A stretch of 64,000 nt of DNA from an uncultured virus (IMG/VR IMGVR_UViG_2651869845_000001) (taxonomy: Duplodnaviria; Heunggongvirae; Uroviricota; Caudoviricetes), in the IMG/VR virus record IMGVR_UViG_2651869845_000001. One strand, given 5' to 3'. The notes under the pieces are model-generated. The model saw nothing but the letters and a program-made list of their open reading frames with translations. It was not told the origin of the DNA and did not search any database. The position numbers and the translations under genes are program-made. Below are positions 50,634-59,790 of this stretch, one piece after another. Position 1 is the stretch's first letter. Every line of letters begins with the position of its first letter.

Positions 50634-50845
50634 CGGAAGTCTCCGCTGGCACATGAGGAGCAGATGATGCGGTTGTCTCCCTTGTCGGCGCCACAGATGC
50701 GGCAGGCCTTGTCCGCAGGGTGGCGGGGGCAGAACAGGCGTCCGATGGCGTCCCCCGTCCATCCGGCTTCCGCTGTGGGAGTCGGCTCGTAGGCTGGGCA
50801 CTCCTCAACGGTGCACACCATGGCGACGGGTGTGGGTTGGCTCAT
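50630..50845 (-). CDS. Small Cys-rich protein
   Basis: CTVEEC...GW...FCPRH...CRIC...CSSC; GTGA overlap. Confidence 0.55.
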   Translation of the reverse strand: MSQPTPVAMVCTVEECPAYEPTPTAEAGWTGDAIGRLFCPRHPADKACRICGADKGDNRIICSSCASGDFR

Positions 50846-50870
50846 TGAGGCTCTCCCCTGCTTAGTGATC

Positions 50871-50898
50871 GTTCCTCATATGTGAGCTTATCGTGCCC
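50871..50898. other. Candidate lox/dif-like recombination site
   Basis: GTTCCTCATAT-GTGAGC-TTATCGTGCCC, 11-6-11 geometry, AT-rich, upstream of the Cre-like gene. Confidence 0.4.
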
Positions 50899-51486
50899 CA
50901 CGCGTGGAGCCGAGCACGTCGCAGAGCGCCTCGAACTGGGCCTTCAGCTCGTCATCGCTCATGCGATCGTCCCGCCACAGCGCACGCCACACATACCAAG
51001 CCTGCTCGTACTCCCCGTTGGTGGCGAAGTCGCCGCGCTGCGGCTGCCCGCTCGTCACGAGCGCGGTGGGCGAGACAGCGGGATGTACTCCTCACCCGGA
51101 TACAGGGCAAAGGGCTGGGGACCGTTCACCAGGCCGCCCCGCACCGACGACAACTCCGCCGGGAGTTGCGCATCGCAGTCCGGACACAGGTGCGCCACCA
51201 GTTCGCCCGTCACTTCAGCATGCACCGGAACGGGCGCCAGGTGATTGCAACTGCCCTTGACCCACTGGTCTTCGTTGCCGACCTCGGGAACGTGGATCCA
51301 CTCGAAGCGGGGGTCTCTGTCCATGTACCGACCGTACGGCCCGATGCGGCAGACGTTCCCGCCGCCGTGGCCGCGCGAATGCGGAGGGCATCTCCGATTC
51401 TTCGCCAGGACCGATCCTAAGGATCTGGACTCCGGCGCCGACATCGGACGCCCAACGCACGTTATGGGAGGATCCTGCGGGCAGTG

Positions 51487-52609
51487 CTACGGATTGTCCT
51501 GCCGCACTCGATCGGTCAGGGCCGCGAACAACTCGGCACCTTCCGAGACGACCTGCCCGTCCGGTGCGACGATCGCGATCTCCTTCAGATCGCCCGCAGC
51601 CCAGCCAGCCGACAAGAAGTACAGGGCCTCGTCGAAGGACGGGCACTCCTCCGAGAACTCTTCGAAGTAACGCCAGTACCGGGCCACGTAGCACTGCTCA
51701 GCCTCGGTCTTAAAACCGCTCATCGTCTCCATCAGATTGCGTCAGGGCAGCAGGTGGGACCCGCGTCGCACTCCGAAGGCAGGTGATAGTCGCCGCGGCA
51801 CCCGCACGGGCACCCTCCGAGCAGCCCCCGATCGCATAGCCGTCGCGCCTTAGCTTGGAACAGATTCGCCGGCACCGGCCCCACCGTCTCCTCCAGCTCT
51901 GCGTGAACGTTCCAGCTCATCCGCCATGAACTCACGGAGGTACCCGGCGTCCGCCTGACCGCCCCGAGGAATACCCCGTCAGGAATGTCCTTGCACTGCA
52001 TGCGCCGCCCATTGATGAGGCGGATTCCCTCCGCGTCGCCCATGCCCCCACGATCCCACGCGACGGGTGGAAGGCTCCCCCGGCCGAACCCGCCGTTCAG
52101 TTGTACCGGGGGTCGGCGTACTTGATGGCACCCTTGGCGATGCCGCACGGCCACGGCTTCCCCGGGCACCCAGTGCACGTCGGGTCGGTGCGGTCGCTGG
52201 GCGCGTGCCCGGCAAGCTGACCAGCCGCCAAGCCGCGTGCAACGCGCTCGTCGCTCGACATGCCCGGATACGTCTCATGGGCCACGCGCACAGCCTGGTC
52301 GTAGTCCGCCAGGTGCTGCTGGAGTTCCGCTGAGGTCATGCCGGGAGCCTACGGGGGCTGGCCAGCTAACTCGCCCGCCGCTTGTGTCTGTGGGTACAGT
52401 GAAGGGGACTCCGTCGCTGGATCTCATCGAGGGTCGGGCGAAGTCCAAAGCCCCGCTTCGGCGGGGCTTTGCGCTGCGCGCCGCCATTCCCGCTTCTCCC
52501 AGGCGCGCTGGGCCTTCTTGTCCCGTGACTGGTCAGGGCAGTCCGGACCGGCGGGGCCCTTGCAGACGGGGCACCAGGGACGGGCGAACGTACCGAGCAT
52601 GCGAGCCAC
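51487..52609 (-). other. Small hypothetical CDSs (51487-51732, 51732-~52043, 52097-52339, 52424-52609)
   Basis: Protein-like composition; one has a GCPCGCRGD motif. Confidence 0.5.
52446..52471. terminator. Bidirectional terminator-like hairpin
   Basis: CAAAGCCCCGC-TTCG-GCGGGGCTTTG perfect stem. Confidence 0.65.
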
Positions 52610-52902
52610 GGAACCAGCGTGACACCGATGGGCGCTGGCGTTCCCTCAGGCCAGTCAGCCCCAGGCTGGCATTGGCTCACTTCCGCGCCAGAACGCCTGC
52701 GTACCTTGTGCCCCCGCCCCGCCGCCCGCTACGTTCAAAGGGAAGAACCCCTGGTTGCTACAGGGCTCCAACCCCTCGAAGGGTCCGAACGGCTGCTGTC
52801 CCGTTGGCGCGGGTGCCGGGAGGGCCCTTCTTCCGTGCCCTCTAACCGCTGCGCCCAGCCCCCTCAGGCCAGCAGCCCAGCACCTCCGAAAGCCAACACC
52901 GA

Positions 52903-52937
52903 TTGACTTCCGTGCGCCATGCGCGTAGGTTTGCTGC
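52903..52937 (+). promoter_or_regulatory. Housekeeping-sigma promoter for a leaderless mRNA
   Basis: TTGACT-17nt-TAGGTT, then 6 nt to ATG 52938. Confidence 0.7.
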
Positions 52938-53408
52938 ATGGCCACCTTCTACCGCGTCCACTGGACCGAACTCGGCGACCTCACCGCCGCGAACGCCTGG
53001 TCATCCCTCACGGGAATCGACCGCAAGCCAGGCGACCTCAGCAAGTCCGAGTGCCAGATGTGCGACGCCAGCGAAGGCGAGTGGACCGAGTGCCGCCACT
53101 GCGAAGCCCTTGGCTGCGACAAGTGCGACGGTCAGGGCGGCAGCACCACCTGCACCAACTGCGACGGCACCGGATGGGAAGACTGCATCCGCGGCTACTC
53201 CTGCTACTCCACACCCGAGAGCCTGATCACTTACTACGCCGAGTCCGGCCGCAGCGGCATGGTCCCCGACGCTGAGCGCGTCATCATCTTCGAGGGCTGG
53301 CAAACCGACACCGGATTCGACGACGAACCCACCGCCGTCCCCGAGCAGATCATCGAAACCCTGACCTGGGCCGAATTCCGCGCCCGGTACGAAGAGGACG
53401 CCGCATGA
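52938..53408 (+). CDS. Hypothetical protein with DnaJ-like Zn finger insert
   Basis: CQMC, CRHC, CDKCDGQG, CTNCDGTG; flanked by FYRVH and GYSCYST. Confidence 0.7.
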   Translation: MATFYRVHWTELGDLTAANAWSSLTGIDRKPGDLSKSECQMCDASEGEWTECRHCEALGCDKCDGQGGSTTCTNCDGTGWEDCIRGYSCYSTPESLITYYAESGRSGMVPDAERVIIFEGWQTDTGFDDEPTAVPEQIIETLTWAEFRARYEEDAA

Positions 53409-53599
53409 AGACCATGACCGCCCGCCAGTGCGCCGACGCCTGGGGCATCTCCTACGGCCGCGCACGCGCCATCCTCGGAACACTGGAACCCGTCGGCCGA
53501 GACATCACCACCGGCGCCAAGCTCTACGAGCAGGACGCGGCAGAGACAGCTCGGTCCGCCATGCCCGGACAGGGCAAGCGCACCGACCTGAAACGGTAG
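53405..53599 (+). CDS. Small HTH protein
   Basis: MTARQCADAWGISYGRARAIL...PGQGKRTDL; ATGA overlap. Confidence 0.7.
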   Translation: MKTMTARQCADAWGISYGRARAILGTLEPVGRDITTGAKLYEQDAAETARSAMPGQGKRTDLKR

Positions 53600-53699
53600 A
53601 GTCCCGAAAACCCAGAAGCTTCACGCAGGCGCCGTTTTCGCAGGTCAAACGGTCAGGGGAGATCCGGGCGGAGCGTGAGGCGAGGGATGTCAGAGGGCT

Positions 53700-53737
53700 G
53701 CTCATGATCGTTATTTGCTGCGGTTTTCTATAGGACA
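53700..53737 (-). repeat. 38-bp AT-rich site, copy B (inverted relative to A)
   Basis: GCTCATGATCGTTATTTGCTGCGGTTTTCTATAGGACA. Confidence 0.85.
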
Positions 53738-53769
53738 CGACCGGTCGGAGAGACCCAACCAGCCCCCAC

Positions 53770-56052
53770 CTACACAGGCATCAGCGCAGCCAACGACGTC
53801 ATGATCCGACGCGACAGATACACGTGACCCGCGTCCACCGGGTGCACCGCATCAGCCCCGATGTACGCCGACACCTGACCCGAGTTGCTGATCCACGGGC
53901 CACCCGAGTACACCAACGTCCCCGCACCGTCGTAGCAGTTGCCCGTCACCGGGGACACGAACGGGAACCCAGCCGCCGCAGCAGCCGCGCGCAGGGTGTT
54001 GTCCGTGTTCGTGATGCCCGCCGCCACGGACACGGCAGGCGCCCAGCAACCCAGGACGTACACCTCACAGTCCGGCAGCCCTGCTTTGATCGTGGCGTAC
54101 AGGCTGTCCGCAGCAGACTTGATCGTCGTCTGGTTGCCGCCGTTGTCGTTGTACCCGGCCCACACAATCAGTCTCGATGGAGCCCACGCGACGACGTCGT
54201 CGTCGACCCGGTCAGCCAAGGTCGCGAACGTCCCCGGGGTGATGTACCCGGTACCGCCTCGGGCTTGCTCCCAGGCGTCATTCGCCCCGAGCATACGAGC
54301 AACCCTCGCGAACCAGGTGCCGGCGCCGCCACCGGTGTTCTGGGCGGACCCGTCGCTGATGGAGTCCCCGAAGACCATGAGCCGGCCGCCGGTCGACGAC
54401 ACGGGCCACATGGACGCGGTGGGCGGCAGGTACACCCCGCCGAACGGGAACGTGTAGAAGTCCAACCGGATCCTGCGCGCGGCCGCGCTCCCCAGGTCGA
54501 TCGTGATCAGGTGCGCCGACCCTGCGGTCGTGCCTGCGGAGGCGCGCATCAGATCCTGGGCTTTACGGCCGTCGATGCTCAGCCGGAACATGGTCGCGGT
54601 CGAGATGTACTTCATGCGGACCTGGAAAATCTGGGCGTCAGTGCCGAACTCGACCGACCACACAGCCTGCCCCGAGGCGTACGTATTCGGGTACCGGGAC
54701 AGCGGCAGGACGTAGTTCGAGTCGGGGGTGCCAGTACCAGGGGTGATGTCGCCGCAGCCCATGAACGAGTACGGGCCCGTCACATCGGTGCCCGCGAGGG
54801 CCACTCCGGGCGGTGAGTAGCGGATGTAGCCGCTGGTCGGAGTCGACGTCTGCGCGGTCGAGTATGTGGGTGTGGTGCCGGTGTAGAGGCTGTCTGCGGT
54901 CGACTGGTCGGGGAGGTCGCGGACTCTCCACGCGGACGATCCTGCACCCGCAGGTCCCTCCGGGCCGGTGTCCCCGGGGTCGCCCTTCGGACCCTGGTCG
55001 CCTGTGTCGCCCTTGGCGCCGGTTGCACCAGTCGGCCCGGCAGGACCCGCGTCTCCGGTATCCCCCTTGGGCCCGGCCGCGCCTGTGGCACCATCAGCTC
55101 CGGGAGGGCCCTGTTCGCCCGTGTCGCCCTTGGCGCCCGTCGCCCCGGCAGTCCCGGGCTCTCCCTGCTCTCCGGCCGGCCCGGGTTCGCCCTGTGGGCC
55201 TGTGTCACCGGGCGCGCCGTCCTGGCCGTCGGCTCCGTCCGTACCCGCAGGGCCGACGGGCCCCTGCTCTCCGGGTTCGCCCTGTGGGCCGGTGTCTCCT
55301 GAAGGTCCCCGCTCGCCGGCGGGACCGGTGTCGCCGGTATCCCCCTTCGGGCCTGCCGCACCTGGGGTGCCGGCGGCTCCGGGTTCGCCTTGGAGCCCGC
55401 GTTCTCCGGTGTCGCCCTTCGGGCCCTGGCTGCCAGCCGGTCCTGCCTCGCCACCTGGCCCCGCAGGTCCGGTGTCTCCGGTGGCACCCGCGGGGCCCTG
55501 CGCACCATCCTGGCCGTCGGCTCCGTCGGCTCCGTCGGCTCCTGCCGGACCTGGATCACCCGCCGGGCCGGCTACCCCCTGGGGGCCCGGCTCCCCCTGA
55601 GGGCCAGCAGATCCCGCAGGACCGGGCTCCCCTGGCTCGCCGGCAGGACCCTCCGGGCCGCGCACAGCCACGTAATTGGCCTTCACCGGATCGACCTGCC
55701 GGATAGTAGACAAGTCGACCTCCTGCTGGTCTACGGACAGGTGGATGTAGTACAGGCTCGGAGGGGCACCCGCGATGGTCTCCGACACCATCCACACCCA
55801 GTCCGCGGGGTTGGCCCCGGGGACGTCGTTCGGCAGGAGTCGCACCCCGACGTTGCCGTCGGCGTCGACCAGACGGCCCTGCACGTCGAACGAGAACGCA
55901 CCCTTCCCCGTGAAGACCATCCCGTACCCGGCCACCGTCACCGCAGGCGCAGCAGGCACGAACTCCACTGTGCCCACCGCGGGGCCGCCACCGGCCGGAG
56001 ACGCTGCGGTATACGTGACCAGCGTCGTCGGCAGGCCCTCAGGGAACGGCAT
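53770..56052 (-). CDS. Collagen-like fibre protein with C-terminal SGNH/GDSL hydrolase
   Basis: About 80 Gly-X-Y triplets; [12 protein letters not shown] and DAVHP blocks. Confidence 0.85.
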   Translation of the reverse strand: MPFPEGLPTTLVTYTAASPAGGGPAVGTVEFVPAAPAVTVAGYGMVFTGKGAFSFDVQGRLVDADGNVGVRLLPNDVPGANPADWVWMVSETIAGAPPSLYYIHLSVDQQEVDLSTIRQVDPVKANYVAVRGPEGPAGEPGEPGPAGSAGPQGEPGPQGVAGPAGDPGPAGADGADGADGQDGAQGPAGATGDTGPAGPGGEAGPAGSQGPKGDTGERGLQGEPGAAGTPGAAGPKGDTGDTGPAGERGPSGDTGPQGEPGEQGPVGPAGTDGADGQDGAPGDTGPQGEPGPAGEQGEPGTAGATGAKGDTGEQGPPGADGATGAAGPKGDTGDAGPAGPTGATGAKGDTGDQGPKGDPGDTGPEGPAGAGSSAWRVRDLPDQSTADSLYTGTTPTYSTAQTSTPTSGYIRYSPPGVALAGTDVTGPYSFMGCGDITPGTGTPDSNYVLPLSRYPNTYASGQAVWSVEFGTDAQIFQVRMKYISTATMFRLSIDGRKAQDLMRASAGTTAGSAHLITIDLGSAAARRIRLDFYTFPFGGVYLPPTASMWPVSSTGGRLMVFGDSISDGSAQNTGGGAGTWFARVARMLGANDAWEQARGGTGYITPGTFATLADRVDDDVVAWAPSRLIVWAGYNDNGGNQTTIKSAADSLYATIKAGLPDCEVYVLGCWAPAVSVAAGITNTDNTLRAAAAAAGFPFVSPVTGNCYDGAGTLVYSGGPWISNSGQVSAYIGADAVHPVDAGHVYLSRRIMTSLAALMPV

Positions 56053-56064
56053 AACGATCTCCAG

Positions 56065-56802
56065 TCAGCTTCGTCGGCGGTCGGACAGCAGCCCCATCGG
56101 CAGCAACGCCACACTGTCGTTCGGGGATTGCTGATCATTCGGGGTGTCGGTAGGTCCCTGCGTGTCCGGGGCTTGCTCGCCGCCGCCTACAGGCGTGCAG
56201 GCGTAGCGGGGGGCATCCGGATCAAAGTCGACGGCCGGCGTGCAGTTGTAGGTGACGCCGTCAGGGTCTGTGTACGTCCAGCCGGAGGGCGGGGCCCCGT
56301 CCTTGCCGTTCTCTCCCGGAGGGCCCGGCGAACCGTCCGTCCCGTTCTGCCCGTCGGCACCGTTCTGCCCATCCTTGCCCGGGGCGCCAGTAGCGTCCTG
56401 CCCCGGCGGCCCGGAGGGGCCCGGTACGACAGAGTCAGCACCCGCCTGACCCGCTTTCCCCGCAGGCCCTTCTGGTCCTTGTGGCCCCGGGCTTGGGGTG
56501 ATGGTCGGGGCGGGTTTCCCCGACGGTCCCTGCGGTCCCGGAGAGCCGGACGGGCCGGGAGGGCCCGCGATGGACTGCCCACGCGACCCGGGCGGCCCCG
56601 CCACGGGTTTCCCACCCAGCCCCTGCACTTGCCGGGCCAAAGCGTCCCGGGCCTGGTTCGCCGAATCCAGCTGCCCCGACAGCACCACGAAAGCTGTCAC
56701 AACTGCGCCCAGGACCAGTGCGGCGAACACGGCGGCGGCCGCCGCCATGTAGTCGCCGCGCTTCCGCTCCTTGCGGGCCTCGACCCGTGTCTGAGTCCTC
56801 AC
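56065..56802 (-). CDS. Membrane-anchored collagen-like lysis-cassette protein
   Basis: Transmembrane helix, short coiled coil, Gly-X-Y repeats, C-terminal Cys pair. Confidence 0.75.
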   Translation of the reverse strand: MRTQTRVEARKERKRGDYMAAAAAVFAALVLGAVVTAFVVLSGQLDSANQARDALARQVQGLGGKPVAGPPGSRGQSIAGPPGPSGSPGPQGPSGKPAPTITPSPGPQGPEGPAGKAGQAGADSVVPGPSGPPGQDATGAPGKDGQNGADGQNGTDGSPGPPGENGKDGAPPSGWTYTDPDGVTYNCTPAVDFDPDAPRYACTPVGGGEQAPDTQGPTDTPNDQQSPNDSVALLPMGLLSDRRRS

Positions 56803-57113
56803 CCCTTACCTCCGAGGATGAAGAACACGAACGGAACGATCAGACCCAGAATCGGGATGATGACGGACGCAGTCAGATACCGCCGGGTCTGGGTGACCCG
56901 GTCGGCATCCTGCGCTCGCTGCTGCTGCATCGTCTCCACAACCTTGGCCAAGTCGCTGATGTCCTTGGCCAGTCCTGCCTTCTCCACCGCGTAGACCTCG
57001 GTGGATACCATTCGATCGAGCCGGGCGTTGATCTGGGCCATGTCGTCACGGATGTCTCCGCGCATGGCCTGGATGAGCCGCCCCAGCTCTCCGAGAGACG
57101 GCTCATCAGCCAT
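56799..57113 (-). CDS. Small coiled-coil membrane protein (lysis cassette)
   Basis: EPSLGELGR start, C-terminal transmembrane helix. Confidence 0.75.
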   Translation of the reverse strand: MADEPSLGELGRLIQAMRGDIRDDMAQINARLDRMVSTEVYAVEKAGLAKDISDLAKVVETMQQQRAQDADRVTQTRRYLTASVIIPILGLIVPFVFFILGGKG

Positions 57114-57143
57114 GTCGAGCTCCGGATCAGGATGAAGAGGTGG

Positions 57144-57509
57144 TCAGGCCGCCAGCCGAAGGTCTTCCTTCGACACGGGGGCGGTCACCCGGTCCCTGAC
57201 CAGCCAGAACTGACCGACCATGGTGACCAGTGCCATCACGGCGGCCTGTTCCTTGGTGGACCAGTCGAGTCCCAGGTTCATACCGAGCGCCAGGGCCGCC
57301 TGGCCAAGACCGACGAACAGGGCGAAGGTCCCTTCGTCCTTCACCATGTACGCCACCGCGAAGCCGACTACAGCGGCCGCCAGGGCGTTGATGAGCGTCT
57401 GGGTGTTCTGGCTGACGTCGATGACGAAAGCCGACACGAACTGCACGATGACCGCGATGGCACCGAGGATGACCGACGGTTCGCGCCCGAAAATCTTGAC
57501 GGGTGTCAC
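57144..57509 (-). CDS. Putative holin
   Basis: 121 aa with about 4 hydrophobic helices, KIFGREP start, directly after the endolysin. Confidence 0.75.
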   Translation of the reverse strand: MTPVKIFGREPSVILGAIAVIVQFVSAFVIDVSQNTQTLINALAAAVVGFAVAYMVKDEGTFALFVGLGQAALALGMNLGLDWSTKEQAAVMALVTMVGQFWLVRDRVTAPVSKEDLRLAA

Positions 57510-57542
57510 GGGATTCTCCTGAGGGTGGGATGGGTGTGGTGG

Positions 57543-58595
57543 TTAGAGGGACTTCGGAACCCTGAGGGCGTCCCACGACTCCTTGCCGGGGATGCCGTTG
57601 CAGTCAGCGGCGGACCAGCCGAGCTTGTTCGCCTTGCTGTACTTGGTCTGCCAAGCGGCGAAGCTCGCCCGATCGGCGTTAGTCCAGTTCGGACCCGGCC
57701 CCGAGTTGTACTTGCCGCACTTCTCCGCAACGAGACGGCGGCCCATGGCGGTGATGACCTGGCTGCTGCGCCCGGTGTGGAAGAACGCGGCACCTGGGAA
57801 CGGCTCGTAGACCGGCTTGGGTGCCGGCTTGGACGGCAGGGTGCCGAGGAGCTTCTTCAGCGTGGAGGCGCCGGGAACGCCGTCGGCATCCTGGCCGGCC
57901 GCCGTGCCCTTGAGTCCCAGACTCTTCTGGTAGTCCGAGTAGTTGGACGTGTCCGCGTCCGACCAGGTCGGGCCGGGGCCCTCGGTGTAGTGCTTCCCGA
58001 AGCCCTTGGCGACGAGGGCCTTGCCGACCTTCGTCACGTGGTCGCCCTTGGCGCCGTACCCGTACGCAAGGCCGTTGACGGTGTTCGTGTACCGGGCCGG
58101 AGTGGCGGCTGGCGTGCCGGGCACCTTGCTGTACGCGGGCCGCCCAAAGCCAGCGATGTCGTGGACCGCACGGACGCGGCGGGCGCACACGTTCGAGGTG
58201 TTGCCCTCGATGGTGTAGACGTTACCGCCGGACACGCTGGTCACGATGCCGACGTGGTCTATGGACCCGATGGAACTGGAACCGTCCCAGTCGAAGAAGA
58301 CGATGTCACCGCGGCGGATACCGGACCCGGCGATGCCCTTCGTCATGGCGGTCCACTGGCCCTTGGTGCTGAACTTCTGGGCGTGGGCGACGGTGTAGGC
58401 GTAGTCGGTGCCGAAGCACACGGTGTCGTAGTTGCCGGAATCGACGGCCGCCCAGGTGATGGTGCTATCGCACCATGCAAAGTTGCCGTTGTAGGCGGAA
58501 CCGTTCCGACTCCGGTACCAGGTCTGTATCTTGTTCGGTTCGCCGAGGCCGAGACACTTCTCCATCGACGAGATCATTGCTTCGAGGCCGGACAT
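57543..58595 (-). CDS. Endolysin: CHAP domain plus peptidoglycan-binding domains
   Basis: AWCD, GDIVFFDW, DHVGIV, TIEGNT; two GPGP.W...DG.PG binding repeats. Confidence 0.92.
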   Translation of the reverse strand: MSGLEAMISSMEKCLGLGEPNKIQTWYRSRNGSAYNGNFAWCDSTITWAAVDSGNYDTVCFGTDYAYTVAHAQKFSTKGQWTAMTKGIAGSGIRRGDIVFFDWDGSSSIGSIDHVGIVTSVSGGNVYTIEGNTSNVCARRVRAVHDIAGFGRPAYSKVPGTPAATPARYTNTVNGLAYGYGAKGDHVTKVGKALVAKGFGKHYTEGPGPTWSDADTSNYSDYQKSLGLKGTAAGQDADGVPGASTLKKLLGTLPSKPAPKPVYEPFPGAAFFHTGRSSQVITAMGRRLVAEKCGKYNSGPGPNWTNADRASFAAWQTKYSKANKLGWSAADCNGIPGKESWDALRVPKSL

Positions 58596-58774
58596 CAGGA
58601 GGCGCTCCCTTCGGTGGCCGGGGCGCCGTAGACGCCGTTGGCGTCGGGCTGTCCGTACATGTCGGCGAGGAGCTGGGCCTCGTTGTCGACGGTCGGCGCG
58701 TTGCCCGACTCGGTGAGGAGCTCGGCTTGCTGCTCCTGCGTCGGGTCGCTGTCTGTGGGGCGGGTGGCGCCCAT
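58595..58774 (-). CDS. Small acidic protein
   Basis: 59 aa, GGAG RBS, TGATG coupling to the endolysin. Confidence 0.6.
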   Translation of the reverse strand: MGATRPTDSDPTQEQQAELLTESGNAPTVDNEAQLLADMYGQPDANGVYGAPATEGSAS

Positions 58775-58802
58775 GGGGACTCCCTGGGAAGCGGGCGGAG
58801 GG

Positions 58803-59636
58803 TTAGTGAGCTGTGCCGTCAAGGCGGGGTTGGACGATGTCGATCTGGTCGTGCAAGGCCTGGTAAAGGCCCAGTGACATGCGGAAGTGACCGTCGTCGC
58901 CCCAGCTGGTTGTCCAGCTGTTGCGAACGCGGAGGATGGTGCGGTCGTAGTCGAGGGCGTCGCCGCTGTCGTAGTGGACGGACTCCAGGGCAGTGATGGC
59001 GACTTCGTGGCCGCCGGCGACCGGGGACTGCTGCCAGTCGGGGATGTCGTCCAGGAAGGCGTCGGGCGTGCTCGGCTCGAAGAACGCCTCAAGCCAAGGC
59101 ATGCCCATGAGGACGGGCCCGGTCTGCAGCAGCATGGTCAACTGCTCCGCGGTGGTGGCGTGCCCGTACTGGTCGATGAGGCCGCGGGCGCGGAGGGCTT
59201 TGACGACTCCGAGGCCGGAGGATCCGCAGTCGTCGCTGGGCCAGGTCTGGTCCTGCCACTCGTCTCGCTGGGTGGCGTCGGCGTACAGGCCGATGGCCCA
59301 CTTTTCGGCGGCTACCGGGTCGGTGATGTCGAGGCCCGCAGCAGCACAGGCGTCGGCGTCCAGGAGCACGGATACGACGGCGGTGGCGGCGTTCGCGGTG
59401 CACGACCCGAGACCGTCCACGTCGCCCACGTTCGGGAACAGCTCGCTGGTGCGGATGCCCTGGGCCAGGAGGTCCTGCTGGTCGAGGACGGGGACCTTGG
59501 GTGCCCATTCGACGGGGTGGACGGGGTCGCCGTTGAAGTGCCGGCGGTAGGCCATGGATCTGGGGTCCAGGACCATGTGCCTGCCGAGCTGGGGTGTGAC
59601 GTCGTACTGCTTGACCGTCAGGTCGTTGGTGGGCAC
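58803..59636 (-). CDS. Papain-like (C1) cysteine peptidase
   Basis: GSCTANA, GGHEV, RNSWTTSWG. Confidence 0.88.
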   Translation of the reverse strand: MPTNDLTVKQYDVTPQLGRHMVLDPRSMAYRRHFNGDPVHPVEWAPKVPVLDQQDLLAQGIRTSELFPNVGDVDGLGSCTANAATAVVSVLLDADACAAAGLDITDPVAAEKWAIGLYADATQRDEWQDQTWPSDDCGSSGLGVVKALRARGLIDQYGHATTAEQLTMLLQTGPVLMGMPWLEAFFEPSTPDAFLDDIPDWQQSPVAGGHEVAITALESVHYDSGDALDYDRTILRVRNSWTTSWGDDGHFRMSLGLYQALHDQIDIVQPRLDGTAH

Positions 59637-59790
59637 TCGCCCTTGCTCCTCGCACTCCCCGCGCCCAGAGCTATGTGGGTGGTGTCTGCTCCGGCATGGC
59701 CGGGTGGCAGTCCCTCGGGGAGTGGAGCTGGGGCGGAGGGTCGCCCTCTGAGATCAGCGTACGCATGTACGGGGCAGGTGTTGCCCCCGG

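Noticed and set aside
41382..53737. Transposon bounded by 38-bp TGT...ACA inverted repeats
   Set aside because: Flanks TGCGT and CGACC give no target duplication, there is no DDE transposase inside, and the content is ordinary phage genes
54940..55660. Dense short DNA repeats as a non-coding array
   Set aside because: Explained by Gly-X-Y collagen codons
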